Part shown: piece after piece, positions 35,709 through 48,378 of the stretch | Layout: every line of letters begins with the position of its first letter | Position numbering within the stretch: position 1 is the first letter of the stretch | Assembly (NCBI GenBank): GCA_963740175.1 | Contig: CAVUDL010000003.1 | Span: 74,150 to 138,149 of the forward strand | From: an uncultured Gemmatimonadales bacterium | GTDB taxonomy: Bacteria; Gemmatimonadota; Gemmatimonadetes; Gemmatimonadales; GWC2-71-9 | Length of the DNA: 64,000 nt | Direction: 5' to 3' | Notes under the pieces: model-generated | Seen by the model: the letters and a program-made list of their open reading frames with translations, nothing else | Told to the model about the DNA's origin: nothing | Databases searched by the model: none | Translations under genes and position numbers: made by a program

Positions 35709-37337
35709 CTACTCCTCCATCATGAACGGGTAGCGGTAGTCCGTCGGCGGGCTCAAGGTCTCCTTGATGCTGCGGGGGGACACCCACCGCAGCAGGTTCA
35801 GGATCGAACCCGCCTTGTCGTTGGTGCCGCTGGCGCGCGCGCCGCCGAACGGCTGCTGCCCTACCACGGCGCCGGTGGGCTTGTCGTTGATGTAGTAGTT
35901 GCCGGCAGAGTGACGCAGTGCCCGGTCCGCCTCGGCAAGCGCCTGGCGGTCTCGCGCGAATACCGCCCCGGTCAGGGCGTAAGGGCTGGTCCGGTCCACC
36001 AGGCTCAGGGTCTCGCGCCACCGGGCGGCCGGATACACATGGGTGGTGAGCACCGGACCGAAGATTTCCTCGCACATCAGCCGGTACGCGGGATCTTCCA
36101 CCTGGAGCAGCGTCGGCTCCACGAAGTAGCCGACGGAGTCGTCGGCGCCGCCCCCCGCAAGGACCTTCACGCCGGGGTCCCGCTTGGCTGCCTCCAGATG
36201 GTCCCTCAGCCGGGTAAATGCCCGCCGGTCGATTACGGCCCCCATGAAGTTACGGAAATCCGCTACGTCACCCATCCGGATGTCCTCGATCATCGCGACC
36301 ACACGATCACGAACAGCCGGCCACAGCGTATCCGGGATGTAGGCGCGGGATGCGGCACTGCACTTCTGCCCCTGATACTCGTAGGCGCCGCGCACCATGC
36401 CCACGGCAAGGGCATCCACGTCGGCGCTGGGATGGGCCAGGATGAAGTCCTTGCCACCGGTCTCGCCCACGATCCGGGGATACCCTGCGTACCGATCCAG
36501 ATTGGCCGCCACCGACCTCCAGAGGCCCTGGAAGACGGGGGTGGACCCGGTGAAGTGAATGCCCGACAGCCGGCGGTCGGCGATCAGCGCGTCACTCACC
36601 TCGACGGAGTTGCCGGGCAGAAAATTGATGACACCCGGCGGCAATCCGGCCTCCTCCAGCAGCTGGAAGAAGTGCCAGTTGCTCAGCGAGGCGGTCGCGG
36701 AGGGCTTCCAGATCACCGCGTTCCCCATCAGGGCCGGGGCGGTCGGAAGGTTGCCGCCTATCGCGGTGAAGTTGAACGGCGTGATCGCGTAGATGAAGCC
36801 TTCGAGCGGCCGGTGGTCCATCCGGTTCCAGACACCAGGTGAGGAATCCGGCTGCTCCCGATAGATCCGCTCGGCAAAGTGCACATTGAACCGGAGGAAG
36901 TCGATCAGCTCGCAGGCGCTATCGATCTCGGCCTGATAGGCCGTCTTGCTCTGGCCCAGCATGGTTGCAGCGTTGAGGAGCTGCCGGTGCCGCGTTGCCA
37001 GCAGCTCGGCAGCCTTGAGGAAAACGGCCGCGCGATCCTCGAAGCGCCAGTTACCCCAGTCGCGCTGAGCGTCCACCGCCGCCGTCATGGCAGCGTCAAT
37101 GGTCTTACGGTCGGCCTGGTGCACCTTGGCCAGCACCCGCTGGTGACAGTGCGGCGCCACCACGTCGTGAGTTACCCCGCTTCGCACCTCCCGCCCGCCT
37201 ACCACTACGGGGATGTCGGCCTGCTGGCCCCCGACCGCCACCAGCGCAGCCTTGAGGGCAGCTCGTTCGGAACTTCCCGGCGCATAGCTCAGCACCGGCT
37301 CGTTGTGGGGGATTGGGATGTTCCAGGCGCCGCTCAT
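35709..37337 (-). CDS. pruA: L-glutamate gamma-semialdehyde (1-pyrroline-5-carboxylate) dehydrogenase
   Basis: ITPFNFTAI, IWKPS, VGETGGKDF, YEYQGQKCSAASR, EEIFGPV, C-terminal SPRSIKETL...YPFM. ATG 37337 chosen. Confidence 0.9.
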   Translation of the reverse strand: MSGAWNIPIPHNEPVLSYAPGSSERAALKAALVAVGGQQADIPVVVGGREVRSGVTHDVVAPHCHQRVLAKVHQADRKTIDAAMTAAVDAQRDWGNWRFEDRAAVFLKAAELLATRHRQLLNAATMLGQSKTAYQAEIDSACELIDFLRFNVHFAERIYREQPDSSPGVWNRMDHRPLEGFIYAITPFNFTAIGGNLPTAPALMGNAVIWKPSATASLSNWHFFQLLEEAGLPPGVINFLPGNSVEVSDALIADRRLSGIHFTGSTPVFQGLWRSVAANLDRYAGYPRIVGETGGKDFILAHPSADVDALAVGMVRGAYEYQGQKCSAASRAYIPDTLWPAVRDRVVAMIEDIRMGDVADFRNFMGAVIDRRAFTRLRDHLEAAKRDPGVKVLAGGGADDSVGYFVEPTLLQVEDPAYRLMCEEIFGPVLTTHVYPAARWRETLSLVDRTSPYALTGAVFARDRQALAEADRALRHSAGNYYINDKPTGAVVGQQPFGGARASGTNDKAGSILNLLRWVSPRSIKETLSPPTDYRYPFMMEE

Positions 37338-37341
37338 CACT

Positions 37342-38316
37342 TCACCGGAGATGGAAGGGTCCGGCAAAGATAATCAGAACAGCCCTGCCGGCGGTTTCTC
37401 CGGGCCCGCCCAGGATCGGCTTCTCCAGCAGCATGAAGCCGTTGTTCTTGAGGATGGCCTGACCGTCGGGAGAGAAAACGAACTGGACAAACGCCTGCGC
37501 GGTCCGCGGGTGCGAAGCCGCGGTCGGGATCGTCAGCGCATACACGATCGGCTCACCCACGAATTCCACCGAGTCGCTTGCTGCGCGGCGTGCGCCGGGA
37601 AGCCGAATCCGGGCCTGCGAGTACCAGCTGGCGAGCTTGGGATCGCTCAGGTTGATCTCCGCCGGCAGATCGACGTACCGCAGGCCTGCCGCCTTGGCGA
37701 TGGAGAAGTAGGACCAGGAATAATCCAGCTCCCCGGCCTGTACCAGGGCGGTAAGATCCGCTTCCTTGGGACGCATGTACTTTGGTGACAGTGCCTGCTC
37801 CAGCCGGCGCGCGAGCCCCGGCTGCCCGTAAAATTCTTCAGCGAGCTGGAACGCCATCAAGGTGCGATATCCGTTTGGATCCAGGGCGGGATCTGCCCGG
37901 CCAGCCCGAACTCCGGGCCGAAGCAGGATCTGCCACCAGTTTTGGCCGTTGATCTCGCCCGCCGCAGTCGACTGGTCGGTGTAGATGAGCACCATCGAAT
38001 TCCGGGCAAATGCCGCGAACCAGGTGGCGTGCTGCGGAATCAGCAACTTCGGGATGACCCCGTAATCCGCCACGCCGATAACGTCGGGAATTTTGCCCAG
38101 CTCGGTCAGCTTGCGTGCCGCCTCGAGGCTCCCGGAGTTCTCCTGAGCCGGAACGACACCGGGGTGCTTCACCTTGAACGCCCGCAGCAGCTCATTAAAG
38201 GGTTTGGCCAGGCTACCGGCGTTGAAGACCACCAGCGGGCCTTCCTGGGCGGCTGCCGGTGTGGATCGGACGGCAACACAGAGGAACACTCCAGCAATCA
38301 GACCTCTCATGACCAC
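37342..38316 (-). CDS. Periplasmic substrate-binding protein, molybdate/tungstate (ModA/WtpA-like) type
   Basis: Signal peptide, then VVFNAGSLAKPF...AQENSGSLEAARK...ADPALDPNGYRT. No cognate permease or ATPase nearby. Confidence 0.6.
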   Translation of the reverse strand: MVMRGLIAGVFLCVAVRSTPAAAQEGPLVVFNAGSLAKPFNELLRAFKVKHPGVVPAQENSGSLEAARKLTELGKIPDVIGVADYGVIPKLLIPQHATWFAAFARNSMVLIYTDQSTAAGEINGQNWWQILLRPGVRAGRADPALDPNGYRTLMAFQLAEEFYGQPGLARRLEQALSPKYMRPKEADLTALVQAGELDYSWSYFSIAKAAGLRYVDLPAEINLSDPKLASWYSQARIRLPGARRAASDSVEFVGEPIVYALTIPTAASHPRTAQAFVQFVFSPDGQAILKNNGFMLLEKPILGGPGETAGRAVLIIFAGPFHLR

Positions 38317-38549
38317 GTCACCTTTCGACTTCTTAGAATTTTGCCTGCACTTGCGCCAGCAGCCTGCCTTTGCGCGGGCCCGAGTCTCCGGTTTGTCGGG
38401 TTAGTGCGGCACCGTGCCACCAGCGAAGGACTCTCGGCTCCTGGAGCATCATCATTCGCAGCGGCCACACTCCTACTCGCGCTCTGGGACGTTTACTTTG
38501 GGACGTGGGAATTCCTACCCCAGCATGGACTCTACCTCGGGGAAACGTG

Positions 38550-38951
38550 ATGAAGCCGTCCTTTGCATGTGTGGCGTTGGCGCTGAGTCTCGTGTCTTGT
38601 CGCAACTATGATCTGAGCTCCCGACTGACTTCTCAGTCCGGACTCATCCCGCCTGAACAGTTCGCCCGATACGGTCGGGAGCAAGCCCAGGAAATCGCTA
38701 TCGCGCGAGAGTATGCGTATATCGGCAACGGCTCGTCCGAGGACGACTTGATCCGGCAGGCGGAAGCGGCAACGAGCTACGCGCGGTCGCTGCCGGACGT
38801 GCAGGATGCAAAAGCCGATCCCTCAGGCTTTCGTCAAACGATTCACTTCAAAAGCGGCTGGCTGACGATGGTCACGCCCATTGACGACGGCAAACGCGGC
38901 GCCGAGACACCCGGAGTACCGGCGGAGTCCACTCCGGCTGGTAGACGGTGA
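38550..38951 (+). CDS. Hypothetical lipoprotein
   Basis: MKPSFACVALALSLVSC lipobox. Confidence 0.5.
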   Translation: MKPSFACVALALSLVSCRNYDLSSRLTSQSGLIPPEQFARYGREQAQEIAIAREYAYIGNGSSEDDLIRQAEAATSYARSLPDVQDAKADPSGFRQTIHFKSGWLTMVTPIDDGKRGAETPGVPAESTPAGRR

Positions 38952-39413
38952 TTGTTCGGCGAATATAACCCCGCAGCGGGAGAGCGCGCGGTGGGGAACT
39001 GCGTGCAGGTCAGCACCACCTTGCCCGATGAACCGGCCGCACAACGTCTTGCCACGTGCGTGGTTGAGGAGCGACTGGCGGCTTGTGCCCAGGTGCTGGG
39101 GCCGGTCTCCAGTACCTATTGTTGGAAGGGGGAAGTCGAGCGAGCCCGTGAGTGGTACTGCCACTTCAAGACCACCCGCGCCGGGCTGATGGCGTTGCAG
39201 AGGCGGATCCGGGAACTACACCCCTACGACACGCCGGAGGTCATCGCGGTGCCCATTGTGGACGGGGACGCTAGTTATCTGAAGTGGATAGAAGAAACCG
39301 TAGACGCAGCAACAGCCGGGCGGGAGCCACCGATCGAGCCCGCTGCCGCGCCAGGAGCTCGAGGAAGGCCCGATCGCACCGGTACGCCGGGCGACAATGC
39401 GGGCAGCCGCTAA
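38952..39413 (+). CDS. cutA: Divalent-cation tolerance protein CutA (start and stop uncertain)
   Basis: LAACAQV...YCWKGEVERAREWYCHFKT...LHPYDTPEVIAVPIVDGDASYLKWIEE. The long C-terminal tail overlaps the opposite-strand ORF. Confidence 0.7.
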   Translation: MFGEYNPAAGERAVGNCVQVSTTLPDEPAAQRLATCVVEERLAACAQVLGPVSSTYCWKGEVERAREWYCHFKTTRAGLMALQRRIRELHPYDTPEVIAVPIVDGDASYLKWIEETVDAATAGREPPIEPAAAPGARGRPDRTGTPGDNAGSR

Positions 39414-39501
39414 GGTGGAGATCGACCGCCCCTGCCTCTGTCGGGGCAAGCTCCTGGTCGAGATATTCCCAGAGGCGAAGCAGGACATCCTCACATCTCA
39501 T
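39271..39501 (-). CDS. zf-HC2 (anti-sigma-like) small protein, no adjacent sigma gene
   Basis: MRCEDVLLRLWEYLDQELAPTEAGAVDLHLSGCPHCRPAY with H-x3-C-x2-C. GAGGGA RBS. Confidence 0.5.
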   Translation of the reverse strand: MRCEDVLLRLWEYLDQELAPTEAGAVDLHLSGCPHCRPAYRCDRAFLELLARQRARSVAPARLLLRLRFLLSTSDN

Positions 39502-39630
39502 TGCGTTTCCCTCACAGCAGTCCTTTCCGGTGGCGGGTACAGATCCGAAACAGCCTGACCTGCCGGCCGGTTCCTCGGGCGTGGCCGGGGGCCCGGCAAT
39601 CCACAGACTGACTCGGGGAGGAGGCAGGAT

Positions 39631-39904
39631 TTGACCCGCCCTGGAAAGCTTCTGACGCTGCTAGCCGTACTGGCATTCGCCGGGCTTTCTGCTCTGGTCC
39701 ACGCTGAGCTCGCAGAGTGTGGAATGCTCCGTGACCGTGGTCTTCGCCGGCGCTGAAGGCAACGGCAGCGCCTCGGCTGCCTCGGAGGAGGACGCCCGGC
39801 GGGAAGCTCAGGTGGCCGCCTGCGGCCCCTTGACGCAGAGCATGGACGAGCGAATTGCATGCAGCCGGGTCCCTCCCGTAACCCGCCAATGCCGCCGCCT
39901 GTGA
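39631..39904 (+). pseudogene. Small secreted Cys-containing hypothetical protein, one +1 frame break near 39718
   Basis: TTG 39631 after GGAGGAGG. Signal peptide LTRPGKLLTLLAVLAFAGLSALVHA, then continuation in ORF 39719..39904. Confidence 0.3.
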
Positions 39905-41241
39905 AGCGCGGCTTTCCCCACCCTCTGGCGCTGATGGTGGGCTGCGTGCTGGTCGCAGCCCTGCTGACCTGGGTGCTGCCGGCGGGGCAGTACCAGCGCC
40001 GGGAGGACCCCGCCACCGGCCGGAATGTCGTGGTTGCCGGTACCTACGCCACGGTGGCGCCGCAACCGGTCGGCCCCTTGGAAGCCGTGACCGCCATCCC
40101 GAAAGGAATCGTTGACGCCGCCTCGGTGATCGCCCTGGTGTTCCTGATCGGAGGCGGTTTCACCGTGGTGGAGCGTACGGGAACGTTCCTGCGGCTGGTC
40201 AACGGCCTGGTTCGTAGGCTCAAGGGACGAGGACTCCTGGTCATTCCGGTGGCGAGCGTCGCGTTCGCGCTGGGAGGGATCATGATGCAGATGCAGGAGG
40301 AGCTGATCGCCTTCGTACCGGTGCTTCTTCTGCTCGTCCGCCAGCTGGGCTACTCGCCGGTGACTGCAGTAGCCATGAGCCTGGGACCGGCCGCCGTAGG
40401 GGCCGCCTTCAGCCCGGTAAACCCGTTTCAGGTCGTCATCGCCCAGAAAGTGGCCGAGCTGCCAACCGGGTCGGGACTGGGCTTCCGGGTCGCCTTTCTC
40501 ATTCCCGCGCTCGCGATCTGGATCGTCGGCACGATGTACCATGCCAGACGCACGCAGGTCAGGCCGGAAGCCGCGCCTTCCGAGGAACAGGTTCCGCTGC
40601 AGTGGCGAGATATCACGGTCCTGGTTGCCATACTCGCCGCGTTCGGGATCTACTTCTACGGGGCTCAGCGGCTTGGCTGGGAATTCAACGAGCTTGCGGC
40701 GCTGTTCTTCGTGATCGGAGTGCTGGCCGGGCTGCTGGGCCGGCTGGGGATCGCAGGGACCACCGACGCCTTCGTGGAAGGCTTCAAATCCATGACGCTG
40801 GCGGCGCTCCTGATCGGTTTTGCCCGCGCCATATACGTGGTGCTGAATGAAGGCCAGATCGTGGACACCATCGTGCATGGCTTGTTCACGCCGATCGCAG
40901 ACCTGCCACCCGCCTTCTCCGCACTGGGCATGATGGTGCTCCAAGCCACCATCCACGTGCCGGTCCCAAGCACCAGCAGTCAGGCTGTACTCACCCTTCC
41001 GCTGCTGGTTCCGCTTTCAGACCTGATCGGCCTATCGCGTCAGGTCACGGTGCTCGCATATCAGTATGGCGCGGGACTGTGCGACGCTCTTACCCCCACC
41101 AACGGAGCGCTGATGGCGATGCTGGCCGCCGCCGGGGTCCGCTACGAGGACTGGATCCGGTTCGCGGTACCGCTCCTGGCTGGGTTGATGGCGTTGGCAG
41201 TGGTCGCCATTACGGTTGGGGTCGCCACCGGCCTTCGCTAG
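39889..41241 (+). CDS. YfcC/DcuC-family membrane transporter
   Basis: Polytopic membrane protein with KRGFPHPLALM...FLIGGGFTVVERTG...YQYGAGLCDALTPTNGALMA. Confidence 0.75.
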   Translation: MPPPVKRGFPHPLALMVGCVLVAALLTWVLPAGQYQRREDPATGRNVVVAGTYATVAPQPVGPLEAVTAIPKGIVDAASVIALVFLIGGGFTVVERTGTFLRLVNGLVRRLKGRGLLVIPVASVAFALGGIMMQMQEELIAFVPVLLLLVRQLGYSPVTAVAMSLGPAAVGAAFSPVNPFQVVIAQKVAELPTGSGLGFRVAFLIPALAIWIVGTMYHARRTQVRPEAAPSEEQVPLQWRDITVLVAILAAFGIYFYGAQRLGWEFNELAALFFVIGVLAGLLGRLGIAGTTDAFVEGFKSMTLAALLIGFARAIYVVLNEGQIVDTIVHGLFTPIADLPPAFSALGMMVLQATIHVPVPSTSSQAVLTLPLLVPLSDLIGLSRQVTVLAYQYGAGLCDALTPTNGALMAMLAAAGVRYEDWIRFAVPLLAGLMALAVVAITVGVATGLR

Positions 41242-41259
41242 CGGCGGGCCCGAGCGCCG

Positions 41260-41709
41260 TCACGGCGCGAGCAGCGTCTCCAGCACCTTCATGTCGGCCA
41301 ACCCGACGTGTCTGCGCTTCTCTTTCCCTCCCTCGAAGGCGATCAGGGTAGGAATGCCGCGAATACCGAAGCGGGCGGCCGTGGCCGGATTGGCCTCGGT
41401 ATCCAGCTTCGTGACCAGTGCCTCACCGGCCTTCTTCTGGGCCAGTTCGTCGAGCGTGGGTGCCATCGCTTTACAGGGCCCGCACCAGTCGGCGTAGAAG
41501 TCGACCAGCACGGGGACACTCGACCCGGTTATGGTTCGTTCGAAGTCCTTATCCGTCACTTTCTGTGGTCTATCGAGGCGGAGCGGTTTTCCGCACTTGG
41601 CGCACTTGGGACCGGACGCGAGACGCGCCAGGTCAACGCGGTTAGCTGCGCCGCAGAAGGGACACTGCACAATGACGGGGCGGGAGGTTTCAGCGGTGGT
41701 CGTTGTCAT
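41260..41709 (-). CDS. trxC: Thioredoxin 2 with N-terminal zinc finger
   Basis: CPFCGAANR...CAKCGKPL zinc-finger cysteines plus WCGPC. Confidence 0.9.
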   Translation of the reverse strand: MTTTTAETSRPVIVQCPFCGAANRVDLARLASGPKCAKCGKPLRLDRPQKVTDKDFERTITGSSVPVLVDFYADWCGPCKAMAPTLDELAQKKAGEALVTKLDTEANPATAARFGIRGIPTLIAFEGGKEKRRHVGLADMKVLETLLAP

Positions 41710-41921
41710 GAGCCTGCCTCACGTGTGGACCGGACGCAGTCGCGTCCTGACTTCAAGATTAGCCTCGCAGAAGGCCAAGGCAAATTCCACTTGGTCGGGC
41801 ATCCCCCTGCGGGGCGGCGGCCGGCCGGAGCGGTGACGACGTTCACAGACAAGAACCTCCGGCGTGGCATTAGTGTTGCTGGCGAAAGGATGGGAGTCTC
41901 CCATCGGGAAGGCGGTGGCAG

Positions 41922-42356
41922 ATGAGTGAGCTGACGATTCGCGACATGGAACAGGACGAGGATTTCGCAGCCTGGTTCTCGGAGATCCTGGAGCAGGAAG
42001 AGGATCCGGGCGGCTGGTCCCACGCTCCCGACGAGCGGTACCTGATCCTGAGCAATGAGATAGGAGACTGGATCGGTGGTCTCCGCTTTTGGCTTCGCGG
42101 AGGCGTGGCTCACCTGGTTGACGTCGTGGTCCTGCCCCAGGAGCGCCACCGGGGGCACGCCCACCGGCTCCTTTCCGCCTTCGAAGACCGGGCCACCGAG
42201 TCCGGCGCCCACCTTGCCGAGTTCTGGACCGATGATCCGCGTTCCGAGGGCCTCCTTGCCGCCCTGGGCTGGCGCCGCATCTTTGTGCGGGATAACTATT
42301 TGGGGCGGCGAACCTGGCTCCTGATGGAGAAGCAGCTGGGCGCCGTCGGCGCATAA
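41922..42356 (+). CDS. GNAT family N-acetyltransferase
   Basis: VVVLPQERHRGHAHRLL acetyl-CoA binding-like motif. Confidence 0.65.
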   Translation: MSELTIRDMEQDEDFAAWFSEILEQEEDPGGWSHAPDERYLILSNEIGDWIGGLRFWLRGGVAHLVDVVVLPQERHRGHAHRLLSAFEDRATESGAHLAEFWTDDPRSEGLLAALGWRRIFVRDNYLGRRTWLLMEKQLGAVGA

Positions 42357-42456
42357 CCTTAGCCTCCCCGAGTAGCACTGACCGGACCGCCGTCACTATC
42401 TTTGGAGGCTGTCCCGTCCCACATTGGTAGTTTTCCAGTCGTCTCCTAGGGTACTC

Positions 42457-43434
42457 ATGGGCATCGCCACCGAACCTACCCGCGAACTCTACTCGAAAAT
42501 AGAGGTGCTCCAGGACCTGGAGAGTAAGGTTCAGGAGTTGATGGAGGTGCATGAGCGCAAACGCGAGCTCTGGTTCCCGGAGGATCTTCTGGGCCCTGCG
42601 CCCGACGAGTGCCCCGATACCCATCTGGCCAAGCTGCGCGAACAGGCCGCGGGGATTCCCGACCATGCCCGGGCAGCCCTGGCCCTGAACCTCCTCACCG
42701 AAGAAGGTCTGCCCCACTTCCATCGGCTCCTGGCCGTATACCTCGGCGACGAAAGCTTCTGGAGAAGCTGGAACAATCTCTGGACGGCGGAAGAGGATCG
42801 GCACGGGCAGGTCCTCCACGATTACGCCCGTGACACGCGGCTACTGAAGCAGCGCAGGCTGGAGGAGATGCAGTTCGAATACCTTCGCGCCGGCTTCCAT
42901 CCGGCGTGGGACCGGGATCCGTACCGGGTGTTTGCGTATACCACTGTGCAGGAGCGGGCCACCCAGTTTTCCCATAGCGAGACGGGAAAGATCGTGGCCG
43001 AGTACGAGCCGCGTCTGGGCGTGATCCTGAGCCAGGTCGCCAAGGAAGAGGCGCGCCACTACACCTTCTACCGCACGGTGTTCGAGGAAATCCTCAAGCG
43101 CGATCCGGACCAGGCGCTTCATTCGGCGTCGTTCATCCTCCCGGCCATCGATATGCCCGGGGTCACCATGCCAGGCTTCAAGGAGCTGGCGGACGTCATC
43201 CGGCGCTCGGGGATCTATGGTCCGCGAGACTACCTCCGCATCGTTCAGGAACAGATTCGCTATTGGAAGATCGAGAGCCTCGAAGGGCTCGGTGAGCTGG
43301 GACGGAAGGCACAGGAAAAAATCCTCGGCATTCCGGCCCGCCTCAAGCGCATCGCCGATCACATGGAGACGAAGAGCAAGGGCAAGACGTTCAGCTTCGA
43401 GGTCGTGTTCAACCGCGAATTCGCCATGGAATGA
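42457..43434 (+). CDS. Soluble acyl-ACP desaturase (di-iron, DesA type)
   Basis: LTEEGLPHF, WTAEEDRHG and EEARHYTFY (two E-x2-H di-iron motifs). Confidence 0.85.
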   Translation: MGIATEPTRELYSKIEVLQDLESKVQELMEVHERKRELWFPEDLLGPAPDECPDTHLAKLREQAAGIPDHARAALALNLLTEEGLPHFHRLLAVYLGDESFWRSWNNLWTAEEDRHGQVLHDYARDTRLLKQRRLEEMQFEYLRAGFHPAWDRDPYRVFAYTTVQERATQFSHSETGKIVAEYEPRLGVILSQVAKEEARHYTFYRTVFEEILKRDPDQALHSASFILPAIDMPGVTMPGFKELADVIRRSGIYGPRDYLRIVQEQIRYWKIESLEGLGELGRKAQEKILGIPARLKRIADHMETKSKGKTFSFEVVFNREFAME

Positions 43435-43892
43435 GGGTCCGGCGAATCTGGCTGCCTGCGCTCTGGCTGGCGTGTGCGGCCGCGGACTGCGGGAACCGGG
43501 CGGACGACAGGCCGCGTGCCGCCGATGCCCGCATCAACCTCCCACCCGATCAGCAGGACGCCCATACGCTCGGGGCAGAGGTCTACGATCTGATCGACCG
43601 GGCCGTCGCGTATCGGTCGGTCCACCGGGGCCGCCCTGCCGCCAACCTGACCCAGATGGGCGTCGAGAGCCTCACTCCCACCACGGTACGCCGAATGGTG
43701 AACCTCCAGCGCGAGCCGGTCATTACCGTGGCGTACCGGCGCCCCGAGAAACGGCAGATCGTTTCCTGCCGGGGTGACGCCGGGATCCTGGGGGAAGCAA
43801 CCACGAACGGCGGGCGCTTCACCCTGATGTGCACCTCCAGCTCCGGTGCCCAACGTCCGATGGAGGTGGGCGAGCTCCCGACACCCGAGTGA
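43431..43892 (+). CDS. Hypothetical lipoprotein
   Basis: MRVRRIWLPALWLACAAADC signal/lipobox-like. ATGA overlap with the desaturase stop. Confidence 0.45.
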   Translation: MRVRRIWLPALWLACAAADCGNRADDRPRAADARINLPPDQQDAHTLGAEVYDLIDRAVAYRSVHRGRPAANLTQMGVESLTPTTVRRMVNLQREPVITVAYRRPEKRQIVSCRGDAGILGEATTNGGRFTLMCTSSSGAQRPMEVGELPTPE

Positions 43893-43905
43893 CTCCACCC
43901 CTCTC

Positions 43906-44484
43906 ATGGCCGTCCTAGCCGTTCTTCACCTCGCGGTACGCGTTCTCGTCATAGCCGCGCTGGCATACGCCTCGATCGTCGCCCTGACCCATTGGGCAGT
44001 GCGAAGCGGCCGCATCACGCCGTTCGGCCCCTGGCCCCGGTTCGTTCGGAAGGTGAGCGACCCGGTGCTTCAGCCGCTGGAGCAACGGATTTTGCGAGCT
44101 GGTGGAAACCCCCAGAACGCACCGCTCTGGCTACTCGGGTTGGTGGTTGCGGCAGGTCTTGTCCTGATGAGCCTGACCTCCTGGGCTATCGACGCCGTCG
44201 TGCGCCTGCACTGGATGGCTCAGAGTGGTCCGCGAATGTGGATCGAGTCTCTGGTCGGTCTCGGGTTCACGCTTCTGATGACGGCTATCCTCATTCGGGT
44301 CATTGGCTCCTGGTTCGGAATGGGTCCCTACCGCAAGTGGATGCGACCCTTCTACCTGCTGACCGACTGGCTGATCGACCCGATCCGGCGGATCTTGCCA
44401 CCGTTCGGCATCATTGATTTCAGTCCCATGGTCGCATGGCTGGTGCTGTACGTGGTACGCGGCTTTGTGATGGGGCTGATTTGA
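43906..44484 (+). CDS. YggT family membrane protein
   Basis: Two YGGT-like repeats (VSDPVLQPLEQRI; LTDWLIDPIRRILPPFGIIDFSPMVAW). Confidence 0.75.
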   Translation: MAVLAVLHLAVRVLVIAALAYASIVALTHWAVRSGRITPFGPWPRFVRKVSDPVLQPLEQRILRAGGNPQNAPLWLLGLVVAAGLVLMSLTSWAIDAVVRLHWMAQSGPRMWIESLVGLGFTLLMTAILIRVIGSWFGMGPYRKWMRPFYLLTDWLIDPIRRILPPFGIIDFSPMVAWLVLYVVRGFVMGLI

Positions 44485-44591
44485 CCCTAGACTCTCGACC
44501 CGCAGACGGTTATCCTTAGGTTGTCTAACAACTGATCCCGTGGCGATTTGCGCTGATTGCGGCCACGTTAAATAACTCGCTAAAACGCTAC

Positions 44592-44629
44592 CCGTGAGGC
44601 GTTTTGGCCTCAGGGTTTTTTGATTTTTG
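44592..44629 (+). terminator. Intrinsic terminator / attenuator hairpin CCgTGAGGC-gttttg-GCCTCAgGG + TTTTTTGATTTTT, ending about 10 nt before the metH start
   Basis: Stem and T-run read directly within a 150-nt AT-richer leader. Confidence 0.6.
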
Positions 44630-44638
44630 AGAGGTCCA

Positions 44639-48377
<3,739 letters not shown>

Positions 48378-48378
48378 C

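Noticed and set aside
35667-36842. 391-aa plus-strand ORF
   Set aside because: Antisense shadow of pruA (P5C dehydrogenase).
39808-40956. 382-aa minus-strand ORF
   Set aside because: Antisense to the YfcC-family transporter gene.
41719-42819. 366-aa minus-strand ORF
   Set aside because: Antisense to the GNAT and acyl-ACP desaturase genes. Spans an intergenic region and has no motifs.
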